A stretch of 64,000 nucleotides of DNA from contig OZ252299.1 of NCBI GenBank assembly GCA_965250285.1, positions 2,784,001 through 2,848,000 of the forward strand, read 5' to 3'. Position 1 is the stretch's first letter. Each line of letters opens with the position of its first letter. Below the pieces are notes generated by a model that saw only the letters and a list, made by a program, of their open reading frames with translations, searched no databases and had not been told where the DNA came from. This document shows, piece after piece, positions 49,612 to 62,868 of this stretch. This DNA comes from Myxococcota bacterium. Lineage in GTDB: Bacteria > Myxococcota_A > UBA9160 > UBA4427. A program made the translations under genes and the position numbers.

Positions 49612-49910
49612 GAAGGGATCCTTCTTACGCGGTCGCACCGTGCCGACGGGCCAAGGGCCGGGTGGGCGCATGCGCGCTTCTCAACGGAGCGAGCACTCTA
49701 GCCCGATTCGCGAGCGCCGCCGAATCCCCTCAGACGGCCCCGCGAGACGACACGATTCGCGTGGTACGCTCCGGCGCCGCACGCGCGGCACGCATCGGAT
49801 GCGATCGTCGTGCATCGAAGCGCGCACGCGTTTAGCCGCGGCGCGAAACCACACGCACTCGCATGCGACCGAGCATCGACTCGCGATCGTCGCGACCAGG
49901 GAGAGCCCAG

Positions 49911-50672
49911 ATGGCCGAGGATCAGCCCGCACCGACGAGCCCCGAACCCGCCCGCACGTCCGTCGTGGCCGGCATCGCCCAGCGCATCGCCATCTTTGGC
50001 GGGCTCTCGATCGTCGTCGGCATCGGCATGGCGCAGGCGGGCGTCCCCCCGATGCTCGGCTTCATGGTCTTCGTCGCGGGCGGGCTCTTCGGCGGGCTCG
50101 CAGCGTTCACGCTCGGCGCCATCGGTTTCGTGCTGACACGAGGCGGGCAGGATCCGCTCGGCCGCAAGAACGCGATCATGGGCATGCTCGCCGGCATCGG
50201 CCTCTTCGCGATCGTGATGGTGCCCTCGCTCCGAGCCGGCGATCTTCCGCCGATCAACGACATCACCACCGACCTCGCCGATCCGCCGAGCTTCGCCGCG
50301 GGCCCCGACGCCCCCGACTACGGCGGCCGCGACATGAGCTACCCCGCCGAGTTCGTGCCGCAGGTGCGCGAGGCGTACCCCGACCTCAAGCCCATCGAGA
50401 CCACCCTCGACCCCGCGGCGGCGTACACCAAGGCCATCGAGACGGCCGAGTCGATCGGCTGGTTCATCACCTACAAGGATCCGAAAGACGGGGTCTTCGA
50501 CGCGACCGAGCGCACCGCCCTCTTCCGCTTCGTCGATGACGTCGCCGTGCGCGTGCGCGCCACGCCGACCGGCAGCCAGATCGACATCCGCTCGAAGTCG
50601 CGCGACGGCCGGGGCGACCTCGGCGCCAATGCGAACCGCATCCGCCGCTTCGTCGCGGCGTACGAGAACTAG
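49911..50672 (+). CDS. DUF1499-type membrane protein
   Basis: 3 TMs then PPINDITTD, YPDL, F.DDV.VR, DIRSKSR.G..DLG.NA.RI. Confidence 0.85.
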   Translation: MAEDQPAPTSPEPARTSVVAGIAQRIAIFGGLSIVVGIGMAQAGVPPMLGFMVFVAGGLFGGLAAFTLGAIGFVLTRGGQDPLGRKNAIMGMLAGIGLFAIVMVPSLRAGDLPPINDITTDLADPPSFAAGPDAPDYGGRDMSYPAEFVPQVREAYPDLKPIETTLDPAAAYTKAIETAESIGWFITYKDPKDGVFDATERTALFRFVDDVAVRVRATPTGSQIDIRSKSRDGRGDLGANANRIRRFVAAYEN

Positions 50673-52669
50673 CGCGAAGCGGTGTCGCCCGCGGAAGCGG
50701 GTTTCTCAGCGAGGTGCTCGTCGAGGAACGCGCCGATGCGGGTGAGCATGTCGATGCGCGAGGCGTGTCGCCAGATCGAGTGCTCGTCGTCCTCGTACTC
50801 GATGTACTCGACGGTCTTCCCCGCCTTCTTGAGCGCCTTGGCGAGCTTGCGCCCGTGCTCGACGTAGACGTTGAGATCTTCTTCGGGGTGGAAGATCAGC
50901 ACCGGGACGGTGAACTCCTTCGCTCGCTTGAGCGGGGAGCCGTGCTTGAGGACTTCGGCTGAGGTGCCGACGAACTCCTCGACGTAGTCGTTGTGATGGT
51001 ACTGGTCGATCAACTCGCCCGGGTCGCTGACACCCGCGATGTCGACGACGCATCGGTAGCGCGCGGGATGCTCGATGACACTCAAGAGCGACGCGTATCC
51101 GCCGAAACTCCAACCGACCGCGCAGACCCGGTCGGGGTCTGTGACACCCGCCTCGATCAGGTGCGTGAGCCCATCGTCGATATCCGACACCACCCGGCGC
51201 CATTCCTTGTACGCGCCATCGCCGATCCAATCTTCGCCGTATCCGAATGAGCCTCGATAGTTCGTCTGAAATACGACGAAGCCCTTGGCCACGAGGAACT
51301 GGGTCAGATAATCGAACCCCCAGGTATCCCGACTCTGTGGGCCTCCATGCGGCAGAACGATCGTCGGCAGGGGGCCCTCTGCAGCCTGGACCGGTCGTGT
51401 GACGTAACCGGGGATCTCCGTTCCATCCGCAGCGCGATATCGGATCGGTTTCATCGGCGACATCTCGATGTCACTGAGCGCCGGCCGATACGACTGCACG
51501 CGGTCGAGCTTTCTCTGGGCGACGTCGAGCCTGTAGTAGGTCCCGGGGTCGACGTCGCTATCGGCGAAGATCAGGTAGATCTTTCGATCCCAGCTCTCAT
51601 CGGTGACTGTGATAACTCGACCGGGGAGCGCGGCCCCGACCGCACGCACGACCCGCTCGACGGCCGGATCGAAGTACTCGACGTGCGGCCGATCGATCAC
51701 GTACTCGGCACCGACCAGCCGGCGATGGGGGCCGAGACGGCTGATGCTCCCGACGTCGATCTCGTCGTGCGCGAACATCACCTCGCGGTCGCGATCGCCC
51801 ACCTGGTCCTCACGGACGAGCGCCATTCGCCCGTCGATCCGCCGGACGGCGTACAGCAGATCTCGATCGTCCCCGAAGCCGATCGGGCTGAAGTCGTCGT
51901 GGTCGTCGCCGGGGCGCTCCTGCCAGATCTCTTTCCAACGCACCGCGCCGGGCGCCCGATGCTGCCAGGTTCGCACGTCGTTTCGAACCTTGAGCCGTAC
52001 CCTCGGCTCGGCATCGGCGTCCGTGATCCAGTGAAAGATGTGCGTCCCCGTCCGCTCGACCCGATCGAGCTTGCCCGTATGGATGTTCATGCGGCTGAGG
52101 CCCGTCCCGCGCTTGTCGGGCTCGCGAATCAGAACCCAGTCGGGTTCATCGGGAAGACGATCGATGATCTCGCCCTGGTACTGTCCGAGCGTGCCCGTCC
52201 CGACGAGCTTGCGGCGCATCCGCGCCTGCATCAGAACTCGCATGTCCGAGCCGTCGGCGTTCACGGCCACGACGCGCGAGTTTCCGTAGCGCGTGCCCTG
52301 AATGCGGCCGATCCCGTAGAACCGGCAGATGAGCCGATCGTCGTTCGCCCAAAGACAGCCTCGAAGGTCGTACTTGTCCTTGCGGCTCGCGAGAACCATC
52401 TTGGCCTTGCCGGTGCGGAAGTCGTGGACCATCGCAACGGGCAGATCGAGACCGCGCGGCTGCGCCACCATGACGGCGCGGGAACCGTCGGGGGACAACG
52501 AGGGCTCCCAGAACGACGGCAGTGCACCGAACGCCTCGGCCAGCTGCTCGTTGCTGAGCGCGGGGGCGGCCGCATGACCGGAAGGCGCCGTGGCGAACGA
52601 CGCGAGCACCATCAGCGCCGCGGTTTTGCACGCGAATGCGCAGACCTTCCGAACGCGCGCAGAACGCAT
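50669..52669 (-). CDS. S9 (prolyl oligopeptidase family) exported peptidase, copy A
   Basis: SPDG, PHGGP, NYRGS.GYG, GWSFGG (Ser), ED.NV (Asp), DDEH (His); start 52669 or 52612. Confidence 0.9.
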   Translation of the reverse strand: MRSARVRKVCAFACKTAALMVLASFATAPSGHAAAPALSNEQLAEAFGALPSFWEPSLSPDGSRAVMVAQPRGLDLPVAMVHDFRTGKAKMVLASRKDKYDLRGCLWANDDRLICRFYGIGRIQGTRYGNSRVVAVNADGSDMRVLMQARMRRKLVGTGTLGQYQGEIIDRLPDEPDWVLIREPDKRGTGLSRMNIHTGKLDRVERTGTHIFHWITDADAEPRVRLKVRNDVRTWQHRAPGAVRWKEIWQERPGDDHDDFSPIGFGDDRDLLYAVRRIDGRMALVREDQVGDRDREVMFAHDEIDVGSISRLGPHRRLVGAEYVIDRPHVEYFDPAVERVVRAVGAALPGRVITVTDESWDRKIYLIFADSDVDPGTYYRLDVAQRKLDRVQSYRPALSDIEMSPMKPIRYRAADGTEIPGYVTRPVQAAEGPLPTIVLPHGGPQSRDTWGFDYLTQFLVAKGFVVFQTNYRGSFGYGEDWIGDGAYKEWRRVVSDIDDGLTHLIEAGVTDPDRVCAVGWSFGGYASLLSVIEHPARYRCVVDIAGVSDPGELIDQYHHNDYVEEFVGTSAEVLKHGSPLKRAKEFTVPVLIFHPEEDLNVYVEHGRKLAKALKKAGKTVEYIEYEDDEHSIWRHASRIDMLTRIGAFLDEHLAEKPASAGDTASR

Positions 52670-52848
52670 CGATCACCCCCCGAATCGAAGAGCCGCGGCA
52701 GCCCATGCTCCGCGTGCGATCGCGACATTCTCTCAGGTCGCGCCGGTCGAGTCACTTCGATTTCGGATGACATTCGGCCACCCGCTGCGGGGTGTTCCGA
52801 AGCGATACGTCGGCGCCGACAGGTCCGAATCCGGCACACCCAGCGGCG

Positions 52849-54870
52849 CTAGTGCGCTGCAGTCTGGGGCTCGGGCGGGGCTGCCAGGTGCTCGTCGAGA
52901 AATCGACCTATGCGCGTCAGCATGTCGATGCGCGATTCGTGGCTCTCGATGCCGTGTTCATCGTCTTCATACTCGATGTACTCCACATGCTTTCCCGCCT
53001 TCTTCAACGCCTTGTGAAGCCGCCGGCCTTGTCTCACGTCGACGTTCTGATCCTCCTCCGGGTGGAAGATCATCACGGGCACAGAGAACTCCTTTGCTCG
53101 CTTCCGGGGAGAACCCTGGCGCAACAGATCCTTCGAGCGCGAGACCTGCTCTTCGATCCAGTCCGCGCTCAAGAAGTTCTTGGCCTCGTTGATCACGTCC
53201 CCTGGATCGGTGACACCTGCGATCTCGACCACACATCGATAGCGATCGGGATACTCGAGTGCGGAGAGCAGCGCGGCGAAACCGCCGAAGCTCCAGCCTA
53301 CGGCGCAGACACGATCGGGGTCGGTAACGCCGTTCTCGATCAGGTATTGAAGGCCCGAGTCGATATCGGCGAGAGCCAGACGCCAGCCCTCGAAGGCCCC
53401 TGATCCTGCCCAGTCACGCCCGTAGCCGGCTGAACCACGATAGTTCGACTGGATGACCACGAACCCCCGTGCAGCGAGGTACTGTGCCAGCCAATCGAAG
53501 CCCCAGACGTCGCGACTGAAGGGGCCGCCGTGGGGCAAGACGATCGTGGGGTGAGGGCCGTTGCCCTGCCCCACCGGCTTCGTCACGTATCCGGGGATCT
53601 TCGTTCCGTCACCCGCTACGTGCTCGATCTTCTCCATGCGAGCGAGTTCTACCCGACGAAGCACAGGACGATCGTCCTCGATGAAGTCGAGATTCCGGTT
53701 CTTCACATCGAGTCGATACCAGCTCCCCGGATCGACGTCGCTCTGGGCAAGGATGATGTAGAAGCGACGATCCCAGCTCTCGTCTTCGATCACGATCGTC
53801 TTGCCGGGCAGCGCTTTGCTCACCGCTTCATGGACGCGCTCGAATGCGGGATCGAAGTACGTCACGTGTGGGCCATCGACATACCACTTCGCGCCCACGA
53901 CCCGGCCATGCGGGCCCATCTGGATAACGCTTCCCAGGTCGACCTCGTCGTGTGCAAACACGACTGTCGTGCCGGCGTCCCCGACGACGTCGTTCGCGAT
54001 CAGCGCAATGCGACCATCGATCGACTTGAAGCCGAGGAGCAAGGCGGGATCGTCGCCGAACCCAACAGGCAAGTAGCCCTGACTTGCCCTGTCCGGCTCA
54101 TCGCGAGTAACCGTTTCCCATCGAGCTTCACCAGGCGCTCGATGCTGCCAGACCCGCTCGTCGGGTGTCCACCTGAGCCGGACCCTTGGCACGCCGTTCC
54201 CGTCCGTCATCCAGTCTTGCACGTCGCTGCGCGGCCGAATGACCCGACTGAGTTTCCCGCTGTAGATGTCGAGTCTGCTCAGCCCCGAGCCCTGGCCTTC
54301 GGGCTCCTCGATCAGCACGCGCTTTCGATCGTCGGGGAGCAGATCAACGATCCGATCCTGGAACTGCGCAAGCATGGGCACGCCGCCCAGCTTTGCATCG
54401 CGCTCGGCCTTGCTATGCAGCCTACTCTGCATCAATACGCGCAGATCCGAGCCGTCTGCATCGACCGCGACGAGACGCGTCGTCGCAAAAGACGTCCCGA
54501 GGACTGCATCGACCCCGCGGAAGCGACACAGGATCCGCTCTTCGTTCGCCCACATGCACTCCGTGAGATCCCATTCGTCCTTCTTGCTGGCGACCACCAT
54601 CCGCGACGTCTGCGCCGAGAAGTCATGAACCACGGCAATCGGCAGATCAAACTTGGGATGCTGGACGATCATCACGGCACGCTGGCCATCTGGCGAAAGT
54701 CGCGGATCGCGGAGGGCAGGAAGCTGACCGAACGCAACGGCGAGCTCTTCGGGGGTCAAGCGGCGTGGAGCCGAGTCTCCGGCCGCGAGCCGGGCCGGCT
54801 CCACGGAGGCAAGGGACGCGACCAGCACGCCCGCCACGATCCCACGAGCCGCCCTGCGAACGAGGCCCAT
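52849..54870 (-). CDS. S9 (prolyl oligopeptidase family) exported peptidase, copy B
   Basis: Same motif set as copy A plus a signal peptide; tandem paralog. Confidence 0.9.
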   Translation of the reverse strand: MGLVRRAARGIVAGVLVASLASVEPARLAAGDSAPRRLTPEELAVAFGQLPALRDPRLSPDGQRAVMIVQHPKFDLPIAVVHDFSAQTSRMVVASKKDEWDLTECMWANEERILCRFRGVDAVLGTSFATTRLVAVDADGSDLRVLMQSRLHSKAERDAKLGGVPMLAQFQDRIVDLLPDDRKRVLIEEPEGQGSGLSRLDIYSGKLSRVIRPRSDVQDWMTDGNGVPRVRLRWTPDERVWQHRAPGEARWETVTRDEPDRASQGYLPVGFGDDPALLLGFKSIDGRIALIANDVVGDAGTTVVFAHDEVDLGSVIQMGPHGRVVGAKWYVDGPHVTYFDPAFERVHEAVSKALPGKTIVIEDESWDRRFYIILAQSDVDPGSWYRLDVKNRNLDFIEDDRPVLRRVELARMEKIEHVAGDGTKIPGYVTKPVGQGNGPHPTIVLPHGGPFSRDVWGFDWLAQYLAARGFVVIQSNYRGSAGYGRDWAGSGAFEGWRLALADIDSGLQYLIENGVTDPDRVCAVGWSFGGFAALLSALEYPDRYRCVVEIAGVTDPGDVINEAKNFLSADWIEEQVSRSKDLLRQGSPRKRAKEFSVPVMIFHPEEDQNVDVRQGRRLHKALKKAGKHVEYIEYEDDEHGIESHESRIDMLTRIGRFLDEHLAAPPEPQTAAH

Positions 54871-54896
54871 GCTCCGCCCCTCCCGGCGCTCGCGCC

Positions 54897-55691
54897 CTAC
54901 CGCCCCTCGAACTTCGGCGGGCGCTTCTCGAGGAACGACATCATGCCCTCCTTGAAATCCTTGCTGCGGAAGAGCGGCAGCAGCTGGAGGAAGACGTGGT
55001 GCACGTTCGCTTCGAACGTCTCGTTCTGGCCCATACGCATCATGCGCTTGGTCGCCTGCACGGCGAGCGGCGCGTTGGCGGCGATCTTGCCGGCGAGCTC
55101 GAGGGCGGCCGGCAGCAGATCGTCAGCCGCGACGACGCGGCTCACGAGCCCGGCCTCGAGGCAGGCCTCGGCGTTCAGCGTCTCGCCCGTGAACATGATC
55201 TCGGCGGCCTTCGACCAGCCGACGATGCGCGGCAGCAGCCAGGTGCCCCCGCTCTCGGGCAGCACACCGCGCTTGGTGAATGCGGGTGCGAGCTTCGCGT
55301 GCTCGCTCGCGACGCGAATGTCGCAGCCGAGTGCCAGATCCATGCCGTAGCCCGCCGCACCGCCGTTGAGGGCGCAGATCGTCGGCGTGTCGCACTCGTT
55401 CAGCACGATGGGCGGCGCCTCGCGCAGGTCGAACTTCTGCGTGACGGCCCCGACGCCGTCGCCGCTGCCGAGCCCCTGCCCGCTCGCCTGATCCTGCAGA
55501 TCGAGCCCTGCGCAGAACCCGCGGCCCGCGCCGGTGATCACGATCGCGCGCACCTCGCGGTCGCGATCGAGCTCGACGATCGCCTTCGCGAAGGCGTCGA
55601 GCATGGGCCCGGTGATCGCGTTCAGCCTCTCGGGGCGGTTCAGCGTGACGATCGCCACGCCTTCGTTCTTCTCGACGAGCAGCTCACCCAT
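54897..55691 (-). CDS. Enoyl-CoA hydratase/isomerase family protein (PaaG-like residue pattern)
   Basis: NRPERLNAI, FCAGLD, GYGMDL, F.KRGVLPESG; start MGELL (55691) after GGGAG. Confidence 0.88.
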   Translation of the reverse strand: MGELLVEKNEGVAIVTLNRPERLNAITGPMLDAFAKAIVELDRDREVRAIVITGAGRGFCAGLDLQDQASGQGLGSGDGVGAVTQKFDLREAPPIVLNECDTPTICALNGGAAGYGMDLALGCDIRVASEHAKLAPAFTKRGVLPESGGTWLLPRIVGWSKAAEIMFTGETLNAEACLEAGLVSRVVAADDLLPAALELAGKIAANAPLAVQATKRMMRMGQNETFEANVHHVFLQLLPLFRSKDFKEGMMSFLEKRPPKFEGR

Positions 55692-55750
55692 GGTGCACTC
55701 CCTTCGTGGTCTCGCCGCGCGGGGGCTTGGCGCCGCGCGCAGCCGAATGA

Positions 55751-57382
55751 TCAGTCTTCGATGCCCAGCGCCTCGTACGCCGTCTGCTTCGCCCAGCGAT
55801 AGTCGGCCTTGCCGCTCGGTGCGCGCGTGACGTGATCGACGTAGACGAACGCCTTCGGCAGCTTGTACTTGGTGATGTGCTCGTTCGCGACGGCCTTGAG
55901 GTCGTCTTCGCTCGGGCGCTCGCCCTCGCGCAGCTGCACGATGGCCGTCACCTGACTGCCCCAGCGTTCGTTCGGCGTGCCGCAGACGACGCAGTCGTAG
56001 ACGGCCGGATGATGCTTGAGCGCCAGCTCGACCTCTTCGGCGAAGATCTTCTCGCCGCCGCTGTTGATCGTCACCGAGTCGCGGCCGAGCAGCTCGAGCT
56101 CGCCGCTCGCCGCCACGCGCGCGCGGTCGCCCGGCACCGAGTAGCGGGTGCCGTCGATCACGGGGAACGTCTTGGCGGTCTTCTCGGCGTCCTTGTAGTA
56201 GCCGAGCGGCACGAAGCCTTCGCGCGCCAGCCAACCGGTCTCGGCGTCGCCGGCCTCGAGCCTTCGGCTCAGGTCTTCGGAGAGCACGATGTTGCCGTCG
56301 ACCATGTTGAAGTGGCCGGTCTGCACGTCGCCCTTCGTCGAGAAGTGCGACGCCTGGGCACCCGACTCCGACGAGCCCAGCGCATCGAGGATGCGGATGT
56401 CGGGCAAGAGCTCGAGCAGCTCGTTCTTGAGCCCCGCGGTGAAGATCGCGCCGCCCGACGTCACCATGAAGAGGCTCGAGAGGTCGTACGACTTCTCTTT
56501 CAGCTGGTCGATGAGCGGGCGCGCGAAGGCGTCGCCGACGATCGTGATCGTGTTGGCCTTCTCGCGCTCGACCGTCGACCAGATGTCGTCGGGATCGAGA
56601 CGCTCGGTGTTCGACTGCACGAGGATCGTGCCGCCGACGTGCCACATGCTGAACGCCGCCCAGTGCGCGGCGCCGTGCATGAAGGGCGCGGTCGGCAGCG
56701 CGCGGATGCCTTCGCGGCTCTTCGCCCGCTCGACCAGCGGCTCGACCGACTCGGGGTGGCCCTGGGTCAGGGCCGAGTAGAAGATCTCTTCCTGCCGCCA
56801 CAGCACGCCCTTCGGCATGCCCGTCGTGCCGCCCGTGTAGAGGATGTAGAGGTCGTCGCCCGAGAGATCGTCGGCGGGCGGCTTCGGCTCGGCGCCCGCG
56901 AGCGCCTGCTCGTAGTCGAGGGCGCCGTCGAGCAGCGGCTCGCCGCTGCCGTCGTCGACCTGCAGCAGGAGCTTGAGCCGCGGCAGCTTCTCACGAATGC
57001 CTGCGAGCATGGGCGCGAAGCGCGCGTGGTAGATCACCGCCTCGGCGTCGGCGTTGTCGAACAGATAGAGCAGCTCGCCCTCGACGTAGCGGTAGTTCAC
57101 GTTGAACGGCGCGCACCGCGCCTTGAACGCGCCGAGCATGCCTTCGAGATACTCGTTGCCGTTGTAGAGGTAGAGCCCGACGTGGCTCTGCCCCGACTCG
57201 AAGTTCTCGAGCTTCTCGCGCTCGGTATGGCAACCGAGGCCGTGGGTCTGCAGCACGTGGGCGAGTCGCCGGGTGCGATCGGTGACATCGGCCCAGCTGA
57301 GGCGGCGATCGCCATAGACGATGCAGTCGCGATCGGGGATCGCCTCGGCGATCGCTTCGTGAATGAGGGCGAGGTTCATCAT
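55751..57382 (-). CDS. Acyl-CoA synthetase (FadD19-like)
   Basis: NVNYRY, YTGGTTGMPKG, GSSE, PLGYYKD, PGD, INSGGEK. Confidence 0.9.
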   Translation of the reverse strand: MMNLALIHEAIAEAIPDRDCIVYGDRRLSWADVTDRTRRLAHVLQTHGLGCHTEREKLENFESGQSHVGLYLYNGNEYLEGMLGAFKARCAPFNVNYRYVEGELLYLFDNADAEAVIYHARFAPMLAGIREKLPRLKLLLQVDDGSGEPLLDGALDYEQALAGAEPKPPADDLSGDDLYILYTGGTTGMPKGVLWRQEEIFYSALTQGHPESVEPLVERAKSREGIRALPTAPFMHGAAHWAAFSMWHVGGTILVQSNTERLDPDDIWSTVEREKANTITIVGDAFARPLIDQLKEKSYDLSSLFMVTSGGAIFTAGLKNELLELLPDIRILDALGSSESGAQASHFSTKGDVQTGHFNMVDGNIVLSEDLSRRLEAGDAETGWLAREGFVPLGYYKDAEKTAKTFPVIDGTRYSVPGDRARVAASGELELLGRDSVTINSGGEKIFAEEVELALKHHPAVYDCVVCGTPNERWGSQVTAIVQLREGERPSEDDLKAVANEHITKYKLPKAFVYVDHVTRAPSGKADYRWAKQTAYEALGIED

Positions 57383-57566
57383 GGGGCGGCGGGGGTCTCC
57401 GGGAGCGTGGGGCCGACGGGGTCATGGCGGCGCGCCGCGCCGGCCATCGCCCCGCGCGTTTCGACCGCGCGCCGGGGCGCCACCGAGACTGCCGCACCTG
57501 CCCGGCCCCCCGCAATCGGGCGAAATGACGCTGGATGTGTCGCGGGCAACGGGTGCCGGCGCGGGT

Positions 57567-58466
57567 TCAGAAGAGCCGACACAGCGACACGATGGCGTGG
57601 ATCGCGTCGATGGTCGGCGTGATGCGCGCGGGGCGTCCGCCAGCAGCCAGCTCGTCGAAGCCACCGTCGCCCGCCTGCTCGCCGACCAGCCGATCGAGCA
57701 GCTCGATCGGATCGAGCTGCGCACCGGGCATCGCGAGCGCGTCGCAGTGCAGCAGCGCGCGCGTCGTGAGCCCTGCGTCGAAGCGGCCGGTGCGGTAGCC
57801 GCGCTCGAGCTCGCGCCCGCACCACTGCAGGGCCTCGTCGGATCGGTCGTGGTCGACGTTGCTGAAGAAGACGGCGAAGGTCGTGATCGCCGACCAGCGC
57901 CCGCCCTCGACCGCTTCGGGTGAGAAGCGCGGGCCGAGCCATTCACCGGCGCGCACGAGCAGCTCGGGGCGCACGGTCTTCGTGTGCCCGAGCAGACCGG
58001 CGAGCATGCCGGTCACGAAGAGCTTCATCGGCTCGGGCAGATCGGCGGCGCCGAAGCTGCCGTCGTCGTTCTGGATGCGCAGCAGGTACAGCCCCGCCGG
58101 CTCGACGCACGGCGACTCGAGCGCGCCGGCGTCGGCGAGCACGAGCAGCGATTCGAGCGTGCCGAGCAGCTCGTTAGGGGGCGCCTCGCCCGCGAGGTCT
58201 GGGCCGGCGGGCGCGCCGCCGGCGAAGAGCCCGTGCGCGGGCAGCGCACCTTCTTCGGTCTGCTCGCCGGCCCACGACTCGACCCAGGCGCCGACCGGGT
58301 CGACGCCCATCACCACCCGCGCCCGGTCGAGCTCGGTGCGCCCCGCCTCGCGCTCGAGAAAGCCGAAGCCGCGCTCGAGGGCCTCGGCCGAGCGCTCCTT
58401 GAGGCGCACCAGGTCGTCGTCCCCGCCGCCGCCCCCGTCTCCGACATCGAGCTTCACGATCGTCAT
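57567..58466 (-). CDS. Hypothetical protein with QxxDG(F) repeats (prenyltransferase/terpene-cyclase-like toroid)
   Basis: QTEEGAL, QNDDGSF, QAGDGGF repeats; start 58466 (or 58484). Confidence 0.6.
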   Translation of the reverse strand: MTIVKLDVGDGGGGGDDDLVRLKERSAEALERGFGFLEREAGRTELDRARVVMGVDPVGAWVESWAGEQTEEGALPAHGLFAGGAPAGPDLAGEAPPNELLGTLESLLVLADAGALESPCVEPAGLYLLRIQNDDGSFGAADLPEPMKLFVTGMLAGLLGHTKTVRPELLVRAGEWLGPRFSPEAVEGGRWSAITTFAVFFSNVDHDRSDEALQWCGRELERGYRTGRFDAGLTTRALLHCDALAMPGAQLDPIELLDRLVGEQAGDGGFDELAAGGRPARITPTIDAIHAIVSLCRLF

Positions 58467-58540
58467 GCGCGAAACATCGGGCATGTCGCGGCACCGAACA
58501 AGCGCGGTCGAGGGCTAGAATGCCGGCCGAGGAGGCCCCC

Positions 58541-60600
<2,060 letters not shown>

Positions 60601-60604
<4 letters not shown>

Positions 60605-62601
60605 ACGACGCGGGCGCGGCGGCGGCGGGCGAGCAGCGCGAGCCCGGTCACGACGAGCAGGGCGGTCGTCGGCTCGGGGATCACGCGGACGTCGATCTCG
60701 GAATTGAACTCGGCGCGCCCTCCGGTCTCGGCGAACGAGACCTGCAGGATGAGAAGCTCGGCCATCTCGAGCCCAGCGGCCCCGAGCAGATCGGCCAACA
60801 GCAGCTGCGTGTCGCCGAAGAAACCATCGATCTCGTCCGGGCCTTCGAGGTCGACGTCGAGCAGATTCGCGCCATCGGCGAGCAGCAGCACAGCCATCGC
60901 GGTGCCTTCGAGATCGCTCCCGCGATAGCTGAAGTCGAGCGCGAGATCCTGGGCCGCAATCTCGCCGCTCGACGGCATCGAGAGCTCGAAGGTCGTGGTG
61001 GCCTCGAAGGGACCTGACTCGGCCGGGAGACGCCGCCAGAGATGCACCCCGAGCTCGACGATCGTATCTGCGGCGAGGAACCGCGTCGACGTCGTCGTCG
61101 CCAGATCGTTCAACCAGATCTCGCCGCGGTACGGCTGGTCATACCCTCCTGAGCTCAGAGCCCGTACGCGATGCGCGAGCTGCACAGCTTCGTCGTCGTG
61201 CGCAACGAACTCGGCGAAGTGACGCAGACCGATCGGGCCATCCTCGACCTCGCTGGTGGCGAGGGCCTGGCCCGTCTCGGACCAGATGCCGGCTGTGACT
61301 TCGGCAAACTCGCCCCACTGACTCACGGCGAGAGCCTCCGCCTCGGCCGACCACGGCGGCGAAGGATCGGCCCCGCTCCCGCCGCTCGATCGCGGTTCGT
61401 GCCAGGCGAAAGCGCCGGCCACGGTCAAACCGCGCCCCGCGTTGCGGGCCTCGGCATAGCTGGTGGCGCTGTGCGGTGAGAAGGTCTCGTCGAAGCCGCC
61501 CACCGCTTCGGCAATCGCCGTGACTCGCCCGGTGAAGAGGTCCCCATCACCGGCCGACCCGCCGTTGCCCGACGACTTCGCCACGGCCCGGGCCGCGCCG
61601 AACCGGAGCGGAAGCGTCGCATCGAGCGAAGTGGCCGAGCCCCCGGCGGCATATGCCTCGGTATCGATGGCCCCCGTCTGGTTCGAGCCGATCACTTCGG
61701 CGATCGCGTTCCCGCCCTGGTTCGCACCCGGAGCCGCGAGGGTCGTCACCGTCGTTTCACCCGTCGCCGAGACGGACAGACGCAGGTCATCGACCGACTT
61801 GTGACGCTCGAGCCGACTGACCGAGTCGCCGCCGATGTGAGCCGGTCCCGCGAGCCCTCGGTTGCCGGCTCCGACATTTTGAATGAGGTGCAAGGAGCCG
61901 GTCGTCTCGCCGTCGACTGCGTCGACGAGACTGAGATCGGAGCCCATCGAGATGAACTCGTCGATCGGGACGAACGGCTCGAAGTCGTCGGTGTACTCGG
62001 CGCTCCAGTCCCGGATCGGCCCGACGCCGCGCTCGAGCAACGCGAGCGCGCGCACGTTGCCCCCGCCCGTCGAGACCCCGCGCACCGATTCGACCTCGGC
62101 CGCGCCCGATTGCCCCCCGCCCCAGGCCGCGCCGGAGATCGCGCGCCCGATCACCTGGACGTCGCCCGCGCCCTGGGCGAAGGCCGAGACCCGCGCATCG
62201 CCGGCGCTGCCCCCGCGACTCGAGCCGTGTCCGCCCTCGGCTTCGGCGAGGATCGCGAGGGTTTCATTGCCGACGAACTCGTACGAAAGCCGCGAGACCG
62301 CATCGCCGCCGTCGCCAAAGTCACCCGGGGCACCCCCCGCGTTCTCGGGGATGCCGCTGTCACCGCCGATCGCCCGCTGCTCGAGCTCGACGAGCTCGGT
62401 CGCTTCGACATCGACGAAGAAGCTGTTCTCGACCGTCACGCTCTCGCCGTCACCGGCGTCGGCGCCGCTCGCGCCCGGCGCGCCGTCGGCGCCCTCCTCG
62501 ACGATCGTGCCGCTCACGACCTCGCCGGCGAGGGCGGGCGCCGTCGTGAACGAGAGAACGACCGTCATCAGAAGACCGAGCGTGACGATTCGAATCGGCA
62601 T
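60601..62601 (-). CDS. PEP-CTERM sorting-domain surface protein
   Basis: Signal peptide (ALA), Gly/Ala/acidic-rich body, C-terminal [30 protein letters not shown] before ATG 62601. Confidence 0.88.
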
Positions 62602-62868
62602 CGAACTCCTTCTCCGATGTGGCGGCGCGAATCCACGCAACAGACCGCGCGTCCGCCGCGGCCGAACCAAGCGGCCGCGAGCCGACGTCCGCTCCGTTGA
62701 CGCACGAGCCCACCCCGCGACGCGTAGCTCCCCCCTCCAAGGTGGTGGGATTGCTCGCGATGTGGCACGCAATTGCCCGAGGCGCCGATTTCCCGCCCCC
62801 TGCGAGACCGGCTACCTGTATCCGCCGACCCATGGCCCCGATCGGGCCCGACGAGGACGCTCCGCTCG

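Noticed and set aside
62735..62785. Sigma-54 promoter for the PEP-CTERM gene (TGGCACGCAATTGC)
   Set aside because: GG-GC spacing is 9 rather than 10 and it faces away from the gene; the reverse-strand match is poor.
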